Assembly (NCBI GenBank): GCA_964057225.1
Contig: OZ059895.1
Location: 17,112,001-17,176,000 of the forward strand
Source of the DNA: Auanema rhodensis
Lineage: Eukaryota > Animalia > Nematoda
Length of the DNA stretch: 64,000 nucleotides
Direction: 5' to 3'
Shown here: one piece after another, positions 1 through 13,575 of the stretch
Numbering within the stretch: position 1 is the stretch's first letter
Layout of the letters: each line of letters opens with the position of its first letter
Notes under the pieces: generated by a model
What the model saw: the letters and a program-made list of their open reading frames with translations, nothing else
Database searches by the model: none
Told to the model about the DNA's origin: nothing
Translations under genes and position numbers: made by a program

Positions 1-3000
1 AAAGACGGATGCTAACTCTTTCCGGAGCACACGCACGTCTATGTTAAGATTCAATTAATTGGCTTTAGAATACGAATGAAGAAGGCATCTTTACTACTTT
101 GACGCACGAAAAGTTAGTTTTTCCAGAAATATAATATGTGACACTAGGTAGCATTGATATAACACAGTATAACCTAATAAGCAATAAGAGAGCGACGGGA
201 ACAATATTATATGAAGAAAAACGATTGTATATGAGAGAGATATCGAGAGAGAATGGAATAGAGAGTGAAATAAAGAGAAAGAGAGAGATATGTTGAGAGA
301 GAGAGAGAAAGAGAGAGATAGAGAGAGAATATATGACAGAAGAGGTTAAGGAACAAATAAAAAAAATATATGAGGAAAATAGCGTAAAAGGATAGGAGAT
401 ATGAATGCAACCAGCATGTAGTGTGTCTGCTTTTTTTACGTGAAACTCACGTATACGAAATGAAACGTATGCAAATTTCACGAAGTAGCAGAGATAAGTG
501 TTGTAGGCTAAATTGAAAAAAAGAAGAGGAAAACAAGAGTGAAAGAGTAAGATGTTTTGTTGAAAAGAACGAAAGACAAAAATCTAGCGTACATTTCTTA
601 CATAGTGAAGAGATTTGGCATTGTATGAAAGAGCAACAAAAACTTTACCATATTTTGAGGGGAAAAAATCGAATTTGACAGTTCAAAATATGAAGAGTTT
701 TAACTAACGTACATGGTAATTGATGATTTTATAACGAAAAAAAGCACATGTTTACGCGCAAATACAACAAGTTCGTGGTGAGGAAGAAGATGAATAATGA
801 CACTGGAAAAGAATACGGATTGTGGTATAGCAAAACGAAAAAGGAAGTCAAGGACAAACTTTAGTCAAATATTCAATGGTCCAACCTCGTAGAAAATAAA
901 AACGACGGGAGCTACGAATATTCAATTAATATTGATAACGGTTTTTGGCGGTTCTGATATAATTTGTGAACTGGCAAATAAGAGCCGAGCAAAAAGAATA
1001 AAGCTTGTATAATGATCTTTGGGTTTGTGAATTAGTGTGACATGCTAGAAAAATGACTAGAGACATTAGAACATGGGGAGTAAGAGCGAGATAGATAGCT
1101 GGATAGATAAATAGATAGATAGACAGACAGATGAGCCGTGAATCAAAGTTTTCAGATAAGGATGTTAGAAAGTTGTTTTGGTCTCTGCACCGTGTATCAA
1201 CAGGCAGACTTTATTTGGAACAGAAGCTCACATGAGAATCGCTCTCACTCTTTCCCTCTCTATACAAGCCCTGCAGCAGAAGAAAAAAATGATTTATCGA
1301 AAAAAAACGAAAGGACAATCGTATTGATAGAAAGAATGAATAGAGTTTGTGTGGAAAGAATAAAGAGAAACGTAAAAAGGAATAGATTAGGACCACATAT
1401 CTACATAGAAAAACTAGCAGTCTTAACTTGAACGAAGAAGACGCTATACACTATAATGTCTTATTCATATTATTACACTTTGCGTTAGAATTATTAGTCG
1501 CGAGGAAGGAAATATTATCTTTCAAGCAAACTTATTATATCTATAAGCGTAAAGTTCAGCGATTTCATTCAATGAGATGGGAATTAGGAGATAGAATGAT
1601 ACATAATGAGAATAAATGAGAGAGAGAGAGAAAGAGAGAAAGAAAGAGGGAGGGGGTTGATTTTGAAAAAATAAAAAAAACAAGTACGAGCAATGTTGCT
1701 CAGTTGAATAGCTTGAAATTTACTAAACTTCTGAACAATATGAATGAAACTGTGACGTCATATACGTTTGAAAAAAACAGAAAAATGAAGATGTCGTTCA
1801 ATGATGAATGAAAGAACTACTTGGCACATTAGGCTAAGTTGAAAAGCAAAACATATTCAATGTATGTGACAGAATACAACCGAATTTGGTTAGGAAACAT
1901 GAAAAGAGTATTTAATACGAGAAGAAATTTAAAATATAGACAATGTAAATAAAAGAAAGATGAAACGCAACATGAAGTGTGAGATGCATTAGCAGTTTTG
2001 CGTTTCTTAGAATACATCCATCCTATCTCTCTATATCTCTCTTTCTCTCTCTCCCATGAAATTTTTTTTTATTTTGATGTAGAAACCACAGCAAATTTTG
2101 TGGCAATCAACTTTTTAAGCAGAGTATTTAGCTGAAAGGCTCATGACAATGATAAGCAGGTGTGCAAAGCTTTAAGAAAAGCAATGAACACTACCACGAA
2201 AAGGGAAAAGTAATTAAGTTTGAAACAACATCACATAGCCAGCTTCTTCAGTCTACAAGATAATCAAGAGACCAAAGTACATATCCGTATTTAGGAAAAA
2301 CTTAATTTTCTAACTGACTGCCATCAGACGAGTTAGAACACGATGAAGAAATTAACAAAGAGAACAGGAAACACTGGTTGTTATAGATCCATTACCTTTC
2401 CGCAAAACAAGAAGTAAAATAAAGACTTCAATATAATCACTATCTTCAACTAGTCTACTTCTCCTTCACCAGCCTCAAACATGTACCCCTTTTCAATACA
2501 GTTATTCACAATGCTTTTAACCTTAAAAAGGACGTTTGCTTAGGATTTTAACTTACATCATAGATGTTGAACAATAAAATGCGTAATGACCTTGGAACAA
2601 TATAATAATCGGCTGATCAGTTCAAACCCTAATATGTTTCGTATTGATTATTAAAGAAATTCTGAAGTGGTCTCTATGCCTATAGAAATGTTTTTTTAAA
2701 AAAATTAAAAAATGATTTTCAAAGAGAAAAAAAACGACAAGCAAACAAAAAGGAAAAGTATGACAACTTCAGGGCAGAAGAGTGAATGTCAATCGCCATT
2801 TACTTGTTGGCAATGAACCGGTTTATGAGCTCCAGTAGCCAAGTATGATGGTCTATGTTGTTGAATTCAATCAACAATCGGATTATTCGAACGAATGAGA
2901 ACGTTAAAAATTCTAGGTAGAAACGAGTTGTAATGCTAAAACTTTGAAGAAAATATAGAAGAACAGCTGTTAGAAGATGACATAGGCAACACGAAGAAGA

Positions 3001-3428
3001 AGAAGAAGAAGAAGAAGATGGAGAAGAAGACGATGATGATGATGATGTTGTGGGTGTGAACAGAATGAATTCGCTTCTTCAAGTACGCTGAGAAAACTTC
3101 CACCCCAGAAAGTGCGAAATCAATACGTTAGTGCTTGATCATCAAATATAGAAGACATTTCAACTTGGGTGATAACGTATTGATACAGTGATTCAGAAAA
3201 TCGAGCGATATGCAATTAAGTTTCAGGAACTGATCTTTAAGCATTAAACGAAATGTTCTAAAGGAATATAAGCGTTAAAGACATATGCGATCCCTATTTA
3301 GATTAGAAAAGGCTGAGAAGGGAAATCAAATCTTCGCAGTCTTATGCGGAAGAAAGAGAAAATACGTTAGTATGGAGACGCACTATTCTTTAACCGAATT
3401 TAGAAGGTTGGGTCAAAAGAAAACTCAC

Positions 3429-5392
3429 ATAAGAAGCATTGTTCCATCGATTTAAGGGTGTGATCGAAGTTGCTGTTGTATCTTCATATACCGGCGAGCA
3501 AAACGACTGACTTTCATTGGTAATTCTCTTCTCCTCTTCATCTACTTCTGCAGTTATGTATAATGTTTCATTCATGAATACAACCTGAAAAAAAAATAGT
3601 TTAAATATGAAATTTTAAAAAATTATATAATGGGTAGAAAGAACACGTCGTTAGGCGCACCTTCACTGATAACGAAGGGAAGCTTACAAACAAATTTCGT
3701 TTGAATAAACATCGAATAGAAAGACAACTAATCAGAAAATACACTACTTAATCTCAAATCGATAGCGAAAATACACAATTGGAAATATTGGAGCAAGTAT
3801 ATGCGAAAATATCAAAATAGTAGCAAACACTTGGAAAATCATTGTAGCAGAAAATGAGTTAGAGATGATTTATATGCGGTATGCTTGAATCTGCTCAAAG
3901 TAATAGTTGAATAAGTAATTTATTGAGAGAAATAACAATTCTTTTAATGAAAAATATAGAAACATACAATGTATTGATTCATGCTCCTGAAAGAATAATC
4001 CTCATAATGCTTATCATTCCAAATGGATAACAAGGATTTAGTAAATCTTTAAGAGGAAATACGTAATTGCGTACTATTCACAGAATGGCTCAAGCTTTTA
4101 AGTTTTACTACTTTCGAAAGTGACATGCAAGATCAATGATTTGAAATACATCAAAAATCAAGACCACAGGTGCTGCTTCCGATGGCATTTAACTCAATTT
4201 AAAGCTATTCATAAGTACAATATATTTCAAACTAATATTTTGCTCTATGAGCCTAGCTGTATTATGTGAATGTGGAAAAGTAAAAATTGTTTTTTTTTTA
4301 CGAAAAAGAATAATGCTCTGCGTTGCTCATCAATTACTTCGTTATTTAAACTTCGTTTTTTACGAAACTAAGCATATTGGTCTTTCGTATTTCAGTCTAA
4401 AACATTTCATTTGGAATCATTTGCAAGTTTAAGTTAAAATGCTGTTGAGTCAAAGAAAAATGGCATTTAGCATGAATAAACGAAAGAGTTAGCAAAAGAA
4501 TTGAAGAAAAAAATGAAAAGTTTTCCTCATCAAAACATTTCTAAATGGTAACATAATCATCGGATAATTTCTTTAATCTTGTTTAAATAGGATAATATAT
4601 TCATATAAACAGTTGTATGACATATATTGAGAACTCTTATTGTGTTATTAGGCATTTTGAAAGACGGGGCTTCCTTATCAGGCTACGTATTTATGTTTCA
4701 AATTACTTCCCTTTTCTTATATTAAAAAAGAAATATATTTTTAATAGAATATTAGGTTAATACATAAACAGCAAATGAGATTCTTTTTGCTCTGTTTCTA
4801 CGGAAATAAGTACGGTATTGTGTTAATTAATGAGATGTAAGCTGAATAGATTTGAGAAGAAACCTAATTTTTTTTTCGGCCTCTAACCGAAAATGGGCTA
4901 ATTTAGCATAGACAAATATAAAAAATGAGAGAAAATGGGACAAATGAATCTCAGAATGAGCAGCTGAAAATGAAAAAAAAAAGTTTTTATTTCAGGCTTT
5001 AAATGGCCTTACACGACAGACAATGATGGGTAACAGAAAGCATTATATGAGCAAAAAGGGTTTAAAAATATTATTTTTTTGACACATAACATGTATACAT
5101 GAATGTATATTGAATATGATGTCCGAATCAGATAGTTTATCGACTTATGATAATCATTATAATCCAATAAAATATATTTTACACATTTTAAAAATATAAA
5201 TATGTATAAGAATATTCGGGAGTAAGTTGCAATGACCTTGAAAACTTTGTCTAGTTAAGCAGACAGAGACAGTGTTACTTCACTCACTGTGAGAGCAGCA
5301 TTATAACGAAAAAATGGAATGAAACGACACAAATTTAGAAATTGACAAAGTTGAGTTAGGGTGCACATATTATTTATGGTTGACTTTTCCAT
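3429..5392 (-). CDS. Candidate 5' exons of an unidentified minus-strand gene (exons 5392-5288 and 3584-3429); downstream exons not resolved
   Basis: Exon 3584-3429 has a TTTCAG acceptor, a GTGAGT donor and an open 52-codon frame (VVFMNETLYITAEVDEEEKRITNESQSFCSPVYEDTTATSITPLNRWNNASY) with three N-glycosylation sequons, as in receptor ectodomains. An upstream phase-0 GTGAGT donor at 5287 fits a first exon MEKSTINN...YNAALT. Confidence 0.4.
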
Positions 5393-5470
5393 GTTTCGCT
5401 TTAGAGTACGATTGTTACATTCATACATAGTTATATAAGTAAGGAGCAAGAGCAAGAGCAAGAATAGAGG

Positions 5471-5473
<3 letters not shown>

Positions 5474-5546
<73 letters not shown>

Positions 5547-5548
5547 AG
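5474..5548. repeat. (AG)n microsatellite
   Basis: Near-perfect AG dinucleotide run of ~75 bp. Confidence 0.95.
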
Positions 5549-5705
5549 AATGAGAATGAGTAACCAAAGATCCAGTTGGTTTTACCAAAAAAATCGAAAA
5601 AATTGAATGAGAAGTTGTGAAGTAACTAGTGGATAGAACTTGCATGTCACATATAAAAAGCAATTTTACTGGAGATTTTGGGGCAATTTCCACCATGTTC
5701 GTGCT

Positions 5706-5720
5706 CATCAGCATCATCAG

Positions 5721-5753
<33 letters not shown>
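5706..5753. repeat. (CAT)n microsatellite
   Basis: CAT/CAG trinucleotide run; it produces the spurious poly-M and poly-I ORFs. Confidence 0.9.
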
Positions 5754-7661
5754 GAACGTCGTAATCAAAAATATGAATATATGTACATGCATATGTACTA
5801 GAAAAGGAAGAAGGAAGAAGGAGAGGTAAAAGGTAAAAATAAAAAGAGGAAAGTATGCAATTGATTATTCATTTTCCTTTTTTTCCAAAAAAAAAAAAAG
5901 GAAAAAGATTAACAACAAATAGATTATTTCGGTGAATCAAAAGCATATTTTCTACATTTTCTATTCAATAGTTCTTGAGCATAACTAAGTGCTATTGATG
6001 ATTCAATAGACTGAAGAGGATACATTGAATCAGGTATATTTGGTAACAAATATAAGAACTTTTTGTTTTTTTTTGGCTCAAACGTTTGCTCACAAGCTAT
6101 TAGTTGAAGATGTACAAACATAAATATGATTCTTCAGCTGTTTTTTTCCTTTTTTCTATTGATAATTCATAAAAAAATAAAACGATTTGTATAGTGTTTC
6201 ATATACTATATAGATTGATGAACGTCCAGTTTATAATTTTCTATGAAGATTGACATGAGAATGAAATGGAAATTTTGACATTTTTCTTGACTTTCACAGA
6301 CGTTTTTCTTTAGTCTCTTATCGTTCAGAGATGACCTGCCAACAACTTCACAGCTACTTCTAACATTTCCTTAACCGCCTTCGTGTTGTCGTCCGAAAGA
6401 AAGAACCGGTTATGTTCAAATGTGGTGAAACTGCTTGCGCATCTGCCTACTGCCTGTCCTCTGTCTGTTCTTGTCTTCGTCGCCCTACAGCATTCAACAT
6501 ACTCCACCTAGTTTTCGCACCAATTTTCCTTCATTTGTATATATCATGTTATTATGTTTTTTTACAATTTTTTTCAAAAAAAAAATGAAGAAATTTGACG
6601 AAAAGGCATAGTTAAAGATAATTTTCTTTTCTTCATTTCTAGTCAATTATAAATATTTTTTTCTATTGTCCTTCGCATCGCTCTCATCGCTGTCGTCGCC
6701 GGCGTCATCCACGTTATCGTCGTCGTCGTGAACCCAACAAACGCCAATTTACAATGATTTGAACTGATGTCTCTGTCTATTTATGTGTATATATCTGTGA
6801 TATTTGACTGGATCATTGGATAGTGTCAAGAATTTGAAAAATTTCTTCACTTTCATATCTTTCATTTCACTTTTCCGACATATGAAGGCGAGGAGAAAAG
6901 AGGAAGAGGCTGCCTATTCATGATCACCTATGCTGATTTTCATGTCATTTGACTATGTTGTCCTTAATACCAACATGGAACAATCGATTTTCATGTCCTT
7001 CTGTTACATCTTAAATATTATTTAATATATTTATATTATATACATATAATAAACATATAACTATAACTATATATATTTGAACAATTTTTAAATTTTTATT
7101 GGCAATTTTCCAATTATTTGTCTCAAACCTCTCTATTCAATAGCCTACTATCTCTTTATTCGTATTTCTCCATAACCTTCATATAACAACTATAATAGCT
7201 TATGCGTATGTCTCTGTCAAACTGGTTGACTGGTTGCCACGTGAACAAGGATTTTAAACATGCTTTGTGCAGCTTTTATAAACTTTCTGTAATTATGCTT
7301 CAACTTATAAAACTTTTTTTTTCCCGTCTCTTTCACTTCTTTTGTTTGTCTATTTACTCATATTTTTATTTTTATAAACATCATCATTTGTTTCTTTATT
7401 CTATTTTCATAATATTCACAATAACTAGAAAGCCTAGAAATCATATAGTATTCTACTTTATTCTTCTTACTTACTTCTTACTTCTCTTAATCTATATTCA
7501 ATAGCTTATTTCAGATATTATATTATTGGATTTTCATCATTCCGAATACCATCAATACGATTTGCATCAATAATCTAATCTCCCCTCTTTCTTAACTTCT
7601 TTTATTCTCTTTCTATCTCCTCCCTCTTAAGAATTTTTTAGTCTGAATACTACCACGTGAC

Positions 7662-8508
7662 ATGAGCCAACGGTAAATTCATAATGCATTTTAAAATATA
7701 CAAATCTTAAATAATAAAATACAATTTTACATTTTCCATTAGCTAGTACTTCTCTTTATAATGCTGGGGGGCTGTTGGGGGGGGGGCTGTTCAGCTGTTT
7801 TTTTTTATAAAAATACAAAAAAAAACCTTTAATCTGTTATTCAATAATAATCTAAATCACTTGACACATTTTTTTGTTGTAAAATAATTAATTAATCTTT
7901 CAGTCCACCTCCATCACATTTTCTTAATTCTCGTGATACATTCGAGCAATATGAAAATCGAAGTAGACCCGGGTCTGTAGCTGGTAACTATCATCAAGGA
8001 CAAGGATATCCTTCCCGTATGTTTTTCCTTTCTATATCTCTCCAACCGCTTTAACCAACATCATTAACACTCCCCCTCCTTCTTCCACCCTATACTAACA
8101 CACCACCGCGACTCCTTTTTACATCCATCTAACCAGACATCCATCCATCTATCTCATTCAATTCCAATCTATTTCAAATAATAATAAATTTCATTTTTCA
8201 TATAGATCATGCAAGTCAGCTAGCTTGTGAATACCGAGCCAATCCTGGACATTTAGCATGCGAATATCGTGCTCAACCACAAAGCCATGTGACAGCATAT
8301 ATACCTGAATCAAATAAAAAACAATGTTTGTTTTCTTTAATCTTTCCTGTAACATTTGAAACATCAGATTAGCACCTTGTTTCATAATATTTTCCTCATT
8401 ATTACAGTGCCCGTTGGTGTCGTCATAGCTATTGCTATCATCGTTCCAGTCCTTATCATCGTCTCACTCTTCGGAGCCGTCTGGCTACAGGAATTGGGAG
8501 TCTTGTAA
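7662..8508 (+). CDS. Small (114 aa) tail-anchored single-pass membrane protein, 4 exons (7662-7672, 7904-8016, 8206-8325, 8408-8508)
   Basis: All junctions are GT-AG and phase-consistent (345 nt total). Product: MSQRPPPSHFLNSRDTFEQYENRSRPGSVAGNYHQGQGYPSHHASQLACEYRANPGHLACEYRAQPQSHVTAYIPESNKKQLPVGVVIAIAIIVPVLIIVSLFGAVWLQELGVL, with a C-terminal hydrophobic helix. A TTTTTAG acceptor ending at 7641 lies 20 nt before the ATG (possible trans-splice site). Confidence 0.8.
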
Positions 8509-8837
8509 CCTTGTATAGCTTAACCGAATAATCGTTATGCTAACTAGACATTATGTACTAAACTTATCTGACTGAAGGACCGTCTTGCCAATTCATAAGA
8601 TTCATCTTACTCAACTATACATATATTACTTCATGAATAGACAAATAGCTATTACATGAGCCTTGTTTATCAATTCAAAATGTCATATTTCTACTTCCAT
8701 TTCACTCATCCATGTGTTGCATTGTTGTATTATTTCATTTTTTTATAAAATGTTTGTAAAAAATATAATATTTATCTTCAAATCGTCACCAAAAATGCCA
8801 TTATTAAGCTGTTATAAAGCATAATGTCTTCGTGTCA

Positions 8838-8919
8838 TACGTGAACTTTCACGTACTGTCTCAGGCACAAACGTGAACTTTCACGTACTGTCTCAGGCAC
8901 AAACGTGTACTTACACGTA
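8838..8919. repeat. 32-bp tandem repeat (~2.5 copies), each with an ACGTGAACTTTCACGT hairpin
   Basis: Unit ACGTGAACTTTCACGTACTGTCTCAGGCACAA starts at 8839 and 8871, with a partial copy at 8903. Confidence 0.9.
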
Positions 8920-11706
8920 TGCATGTATTACCAACCGGCTGTTTTGCATGCACTTCGACGTATAAATAGAGAAATTAAGCATGTACTTATTATCCGTTGA
9001 AAGCACCTAAAGCATAGGATAAGAGTAGAGTGTGGCTTGTCATGCAGCACCAATATGCTTCATTCATGCTTCTCATTTTTCAAATAAACTGCTCCTCTAA
9101 TACCAGATGAAATAACATGCATGTGATATTATGTAATTCAATTTAAATTATATAAAAATAATTAAAAAAATATATATATAGTATCAAGATACGTCATGAT
9201 TTGAATAACGTAATGAGGATACAAGGCTGACCATGTTCGTTTCCTTTTACACCATTTGTTTTCCCAAAACTTCATTCGACTTTGTTAAAAAATTTCAAAA
9301 CGTCTTTCCCTTTTAAGACATGGAGGGTTTAATGTTCTAGAGACATTGAAAAGCTTTAAGCTTTAAGCTGCATTTGAAAATCTTCTCACGCATAAAGCTG
9401 GACCCACAGATTTGAATCCAACTATGGTCAGTGCCGGAGGCAATATAGAACTTAAAAGAAGTTCTTTTATACTATTTTGTGTAGTTTTCATATTTCAATA
9501 GATATTCATAATTAAAAAGGATTAAACATATGTGTATGTGAAATTTAATGTAAATTCTAATTCATAGTTATGTTATTCGTCTATAGGATCAAACAAGCTG
9601 TTCAAGTTTTTGAATAATTTGAGCAAATTTTATTGTTAACCCCCATTTTCCTGCTCCTGAATTGCTTCAAGAGCTCTATAGGATGATGCTAGTCTATTAC
9701 CACACTACTGATGCTGCATCTGGTGATGAAGCAAACGAAGAAACATCTTTCATTCTCTCAAACCGTCTCCGATCAGAGACACTGAATCTCTATTCGGAAG
9801 GTTCAAATTGAAACTTCAAATTAGATGAGCAATGCAATTTCAAATTGGAAGAATAAGAAGATGATGAAAGTTGGTTGAAACCTGTATCATCTAAGAAATC
9901 TTCCATTCTTTGCTCTGAACTCAATTTCAAGAATACGGTATTTCACTTAACCAAGAAGTAGCTGAGCTCAAGTTGGAAAGAAAAAGAAGAAGAAGAAGAC
10001 GACGACCACAAATTAGATGTAACTTCAGTAGCTATGCATATTTCAATTGGCATTTCTATGGGGTTATATAAAACGTAAATGTATGTTTCAAATCAAGTAT
10101 CTATAGCTTTTGCTGAAATCTTCACTGATTCATGGAGGCTCTAACTGAAATGTTGATAAACTATACGAGATAAAGCTTGAACTAATTTTCCAGTATGATA
10201 TATCAACATGAACGTAATCGTGGCGTCCTGTTTTAAGTGGCTGTAGCTGGATCTCGACTATATATAGGAAGATAAGTAAGTGCTATAGGTTAACTAAAAG
10301 AGAAAGTGAGTGAGAGAGAGAGAGTGAGAGAGAGAGAAAGAGAGAGAGAGAGGGAGAGAGAGAATGAACTGAATAAGGACAGGTTAAGGTTCGTAAAAGT
10401 GGAAAATGGATATACTATTCTATACGAACGCTTTCCCGTTTTCTAAATACACCATGTGTATATGGCTAGACTCTATAATCATGTCATCAACACGCAAGCA
10501 GCCATCACGATGACTTGTCAGTTTTGAGAAGTTATAGGGATGAGATATGAAGCCAAACTTGGTCAAATTTTTGCTGTAGTTCAATATTAAAGTTCAGGTT
10601 CGAAACTGAAGTTTAGAAAATAAGAAGTTTTAATGCGAAGCTGGTAGAGCTTAAGGATGAACGTTTTGATCACGACGTAGAAGGCAAGGCTGATTGCAAT
10701 ATTGAGAAGTATTCAAGTAATTCTTCAAAGAAATTATATAAAATAAGTGAAAAAAGATGAAGAAGAAGACAATTACAATGAAAATCTTCTATAATTCAAT
10801 AGTTTCTAAGAATATAATGGAAAATTGACTGAAAGTTTCAAAGCGTCAGATGCTATGATGATCGGTTACCATAGAATAGAATAGATCTATTAAGCCAATT
10901 TGTACATGGTATTCCCTTGACGATTGTATGAGAGTTCTATACTATGATTCTACCGTAAGATTCATTTTCATTTTAAGAAGATCTTCTTTCATCAATGAAT
11001 TTGCTTTTGATCAAGATTACATTAGTTCGTTTTCGGTTTTATTTGAAATAAAGTTGAAGAATATACTACTATGTATATGCTTTACAACATGAATCTGCCT
11101 GGTTGTTAGTACCTTTTCTCTATTTTACTGAAAATAATTGGGAAAATCATTATTTCTTTTGTGTTTTTGTTTTCTGTGAATTTATCAATGACGTCAAATC
11201 ATAATGAAAGCTTTTAAGCTTCATATTGATTTAAACTTCTCAGAGGGAGTCATAGAGAGAGAGAGAGAGAGAGAGAAAGGAAGGAGAAGGAGATTGCTAA
11301 CCATGAAAAAGAAGGATTCTCAAGAAAGCGTTAGTGAGGTATGACCACCACGTTCAGCCAAATGTAACAACCTTTCAGTATTTCCGCGAAAGAAGCGTAT
11401 TTCCGGAAAACTGCCTAAAGGCAATCTGGCTTTGCAAGTCTTAATTCTATGATTACCATAAAATATTGTCAGATCCTGACATGAGAATAAGTGAACAATC
11501 AACAAACTATTACAGCTAATTAATTGGTCAGAGTTTAAATTTGTAAGAAAATTGCAGAAAATATTTGAAAAATAGGTTCAAACTATTGAAAGCTTTGATG
11601 TTCCAAAAAGGTTCAACACACATATTAGGGAAACGAACGTAAACTTATGTTACTTCTTGATCAGAGTAGGATCTTCAGCTGGTACAGAGCCTTTTTCGAC
11701 CTTTGA

Positions 11707-11708
<2 letters not shown>

Positions 11709-11762
<54 letters not shown>

Positions 11763-11823
11763 TCTCTCTCTCTTTCTCTCTTTCTTTCTCTCTCTCTCTC
11801 TCTTTTAACTCTCTCTCTCTCTC
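11709..11823. repeat. (CT)n microsatellite
   Basis: ~115 bp interrupted CT run; source of the ER-repeat ORFs. Confidence 0.95.
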
Positions 11824-13060
11824 TTGAACCTTCAAGAGTGAATCTCTCCCTCTCTCTTCGATAGCGTCTGCTCTCTTCTTCATGCTGTTCCATTCTTTCT
11901 CTTCAAATGAGATGATGACAGAGGCAGCAGAGAAGAGAGAAAACGAAGACGAAAGGAAAGAAGATGAAGAAGAGGGTATTATCGTTCAATTAGCAGAACC
12001 AAATACATTAGCTGACTCTACTGCCTCAGGGGAGATGAGAAGCAAGAACATAAACGGAACATCAGTCGTTTTGTGAGGAAGGCGACTACGTTGAGGACGA
12101 TGAATATGAAGCACATTAGATCCAAATGGCCCAAAAAGGTGATGGCCGTATATAGAAGAAGTCCGATAGCAAATATTATGATTTCAAGAAGAGGAAGATA
12201 TGCATATGAGAGTAAAAGAGAGAAAGCAGAGGAAACAGATGATGATGATGATGATAATACGGCTGAGGCTAGAGTGAGTACGAAGAGCTTGGATACATGA
12301 TAGACAAGAAGAGGCTGACGACGACGAGAACGTGAACGAATGAGAATGATAGCAACGACGAAAAGGATAATAGAGTGATGACGTCGCAGTAGACGAGTAC
12401 GATGATGTGTTGATGATTTCAGCTTTCAACTAGTCATTCATCTGAAGTTATAACATTGATCACGTTCATTATTGATAATCACAATAGCTTCAACAACGTC
12501 AAGCATGAAGTTGTTGACGATGAGTTAAGGATAAATAAAGCTAAAGCGATTATGTGAAGATTCAACATCATCGTTGCCTTTTTTTTCATTTTCAGCTTGT
12601 TCATTACGTATAGCCTTATGAGATTTGTAGAAGCGAGAATGAGCGGAAGAGGATTGCCATCTAAATCTGCCTAATGGAAACGTCTGATGACCAAAAAAGG
12701 TAATTCCATTGCTCATTATCTATTAAATGATGAGACTATATGTGTTGTTCGAAGAAGGCTGAGATTCAGCTGCTGCTCATGCTGCTATCTTAGCCGTTTT
12801 ATGTTCATTTGGTCATATCATCTATTCGTTCATTTCTCATCCATCCTTTTCCATTCCCCCTTTTTCAAAGTATAATAGAGAGAAGAGCAACATCGGGATA
12901 TGATATTCTAAGTGAAGCTTGGAGAATCATTGGGAGATTCGGAAGTGTAAGCTTTATCCAGAGGAATAGGGTTTTTCACAGAACAAGATAAGATATAATC
13001 AACGAGTCTACGTTAAAGAAAGAGAGAGAAAGTTAGAGAGATATAGAGAGAGAAAGAGAC

Positions 13061-13092
<32 letters not shown>

Positions 13093-13522
13093 CAGGAGGA
13101 AGGGAGGCTATTAGTAAATAATTAAAAAAACTCAGTTTTTTTCGTGAAAAGACTCATTGAGAATTGATAAATCATAATCAAATGATGACGTCCTTTATTC
13201 AACTGTCATTAGCTGGTTGAAGGGGACCAATTGAATCAGTAAAACAATTCGGCCAGCTACAACCAGCTAATGCCAGCAAATTATTGAAGTCAGAAATGGT
13301 TAAAGCAGGAAATATTTGGATTAGAAACAAAAATATATCTATTAGCTATTCAGTATTAACTATGCGTCGATTAGGTGTATGTATACATATGAAATAGGAA
13401 AATATGGCCCCCGTTTTCATATGTTTTCAAGGCAGAAAATCATTGAACTGATGAGAAAATGGACGACGTGAAGGGGGCAACCAATGGAAATGAAAGAGGA
13501 TGGCATAGAGAGGCATAGAGAA

Positions 13523-13526
<4 letters not shown>

Positions 13527-13572
<46 letters not shown>
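13527..13572. repeat. (AG)n microsatellite
   Basis: Near-perfect AG run. Confidence 0.9.

Positions 13573-13575
<3 letters not shown>

Noticed and set aside
65-481. Hydrophobic 138-aa ORF and similar SLSL/FFF ORFs throughout the window
   Set aside because: Translations of AG/CT-rich low-complexity DNA.
11650-12429. ER-repeat and acidic ORFs
   Set aside because: They derive from CT and GAT microsatellites, with no consistent splice structure or recognisable domain.
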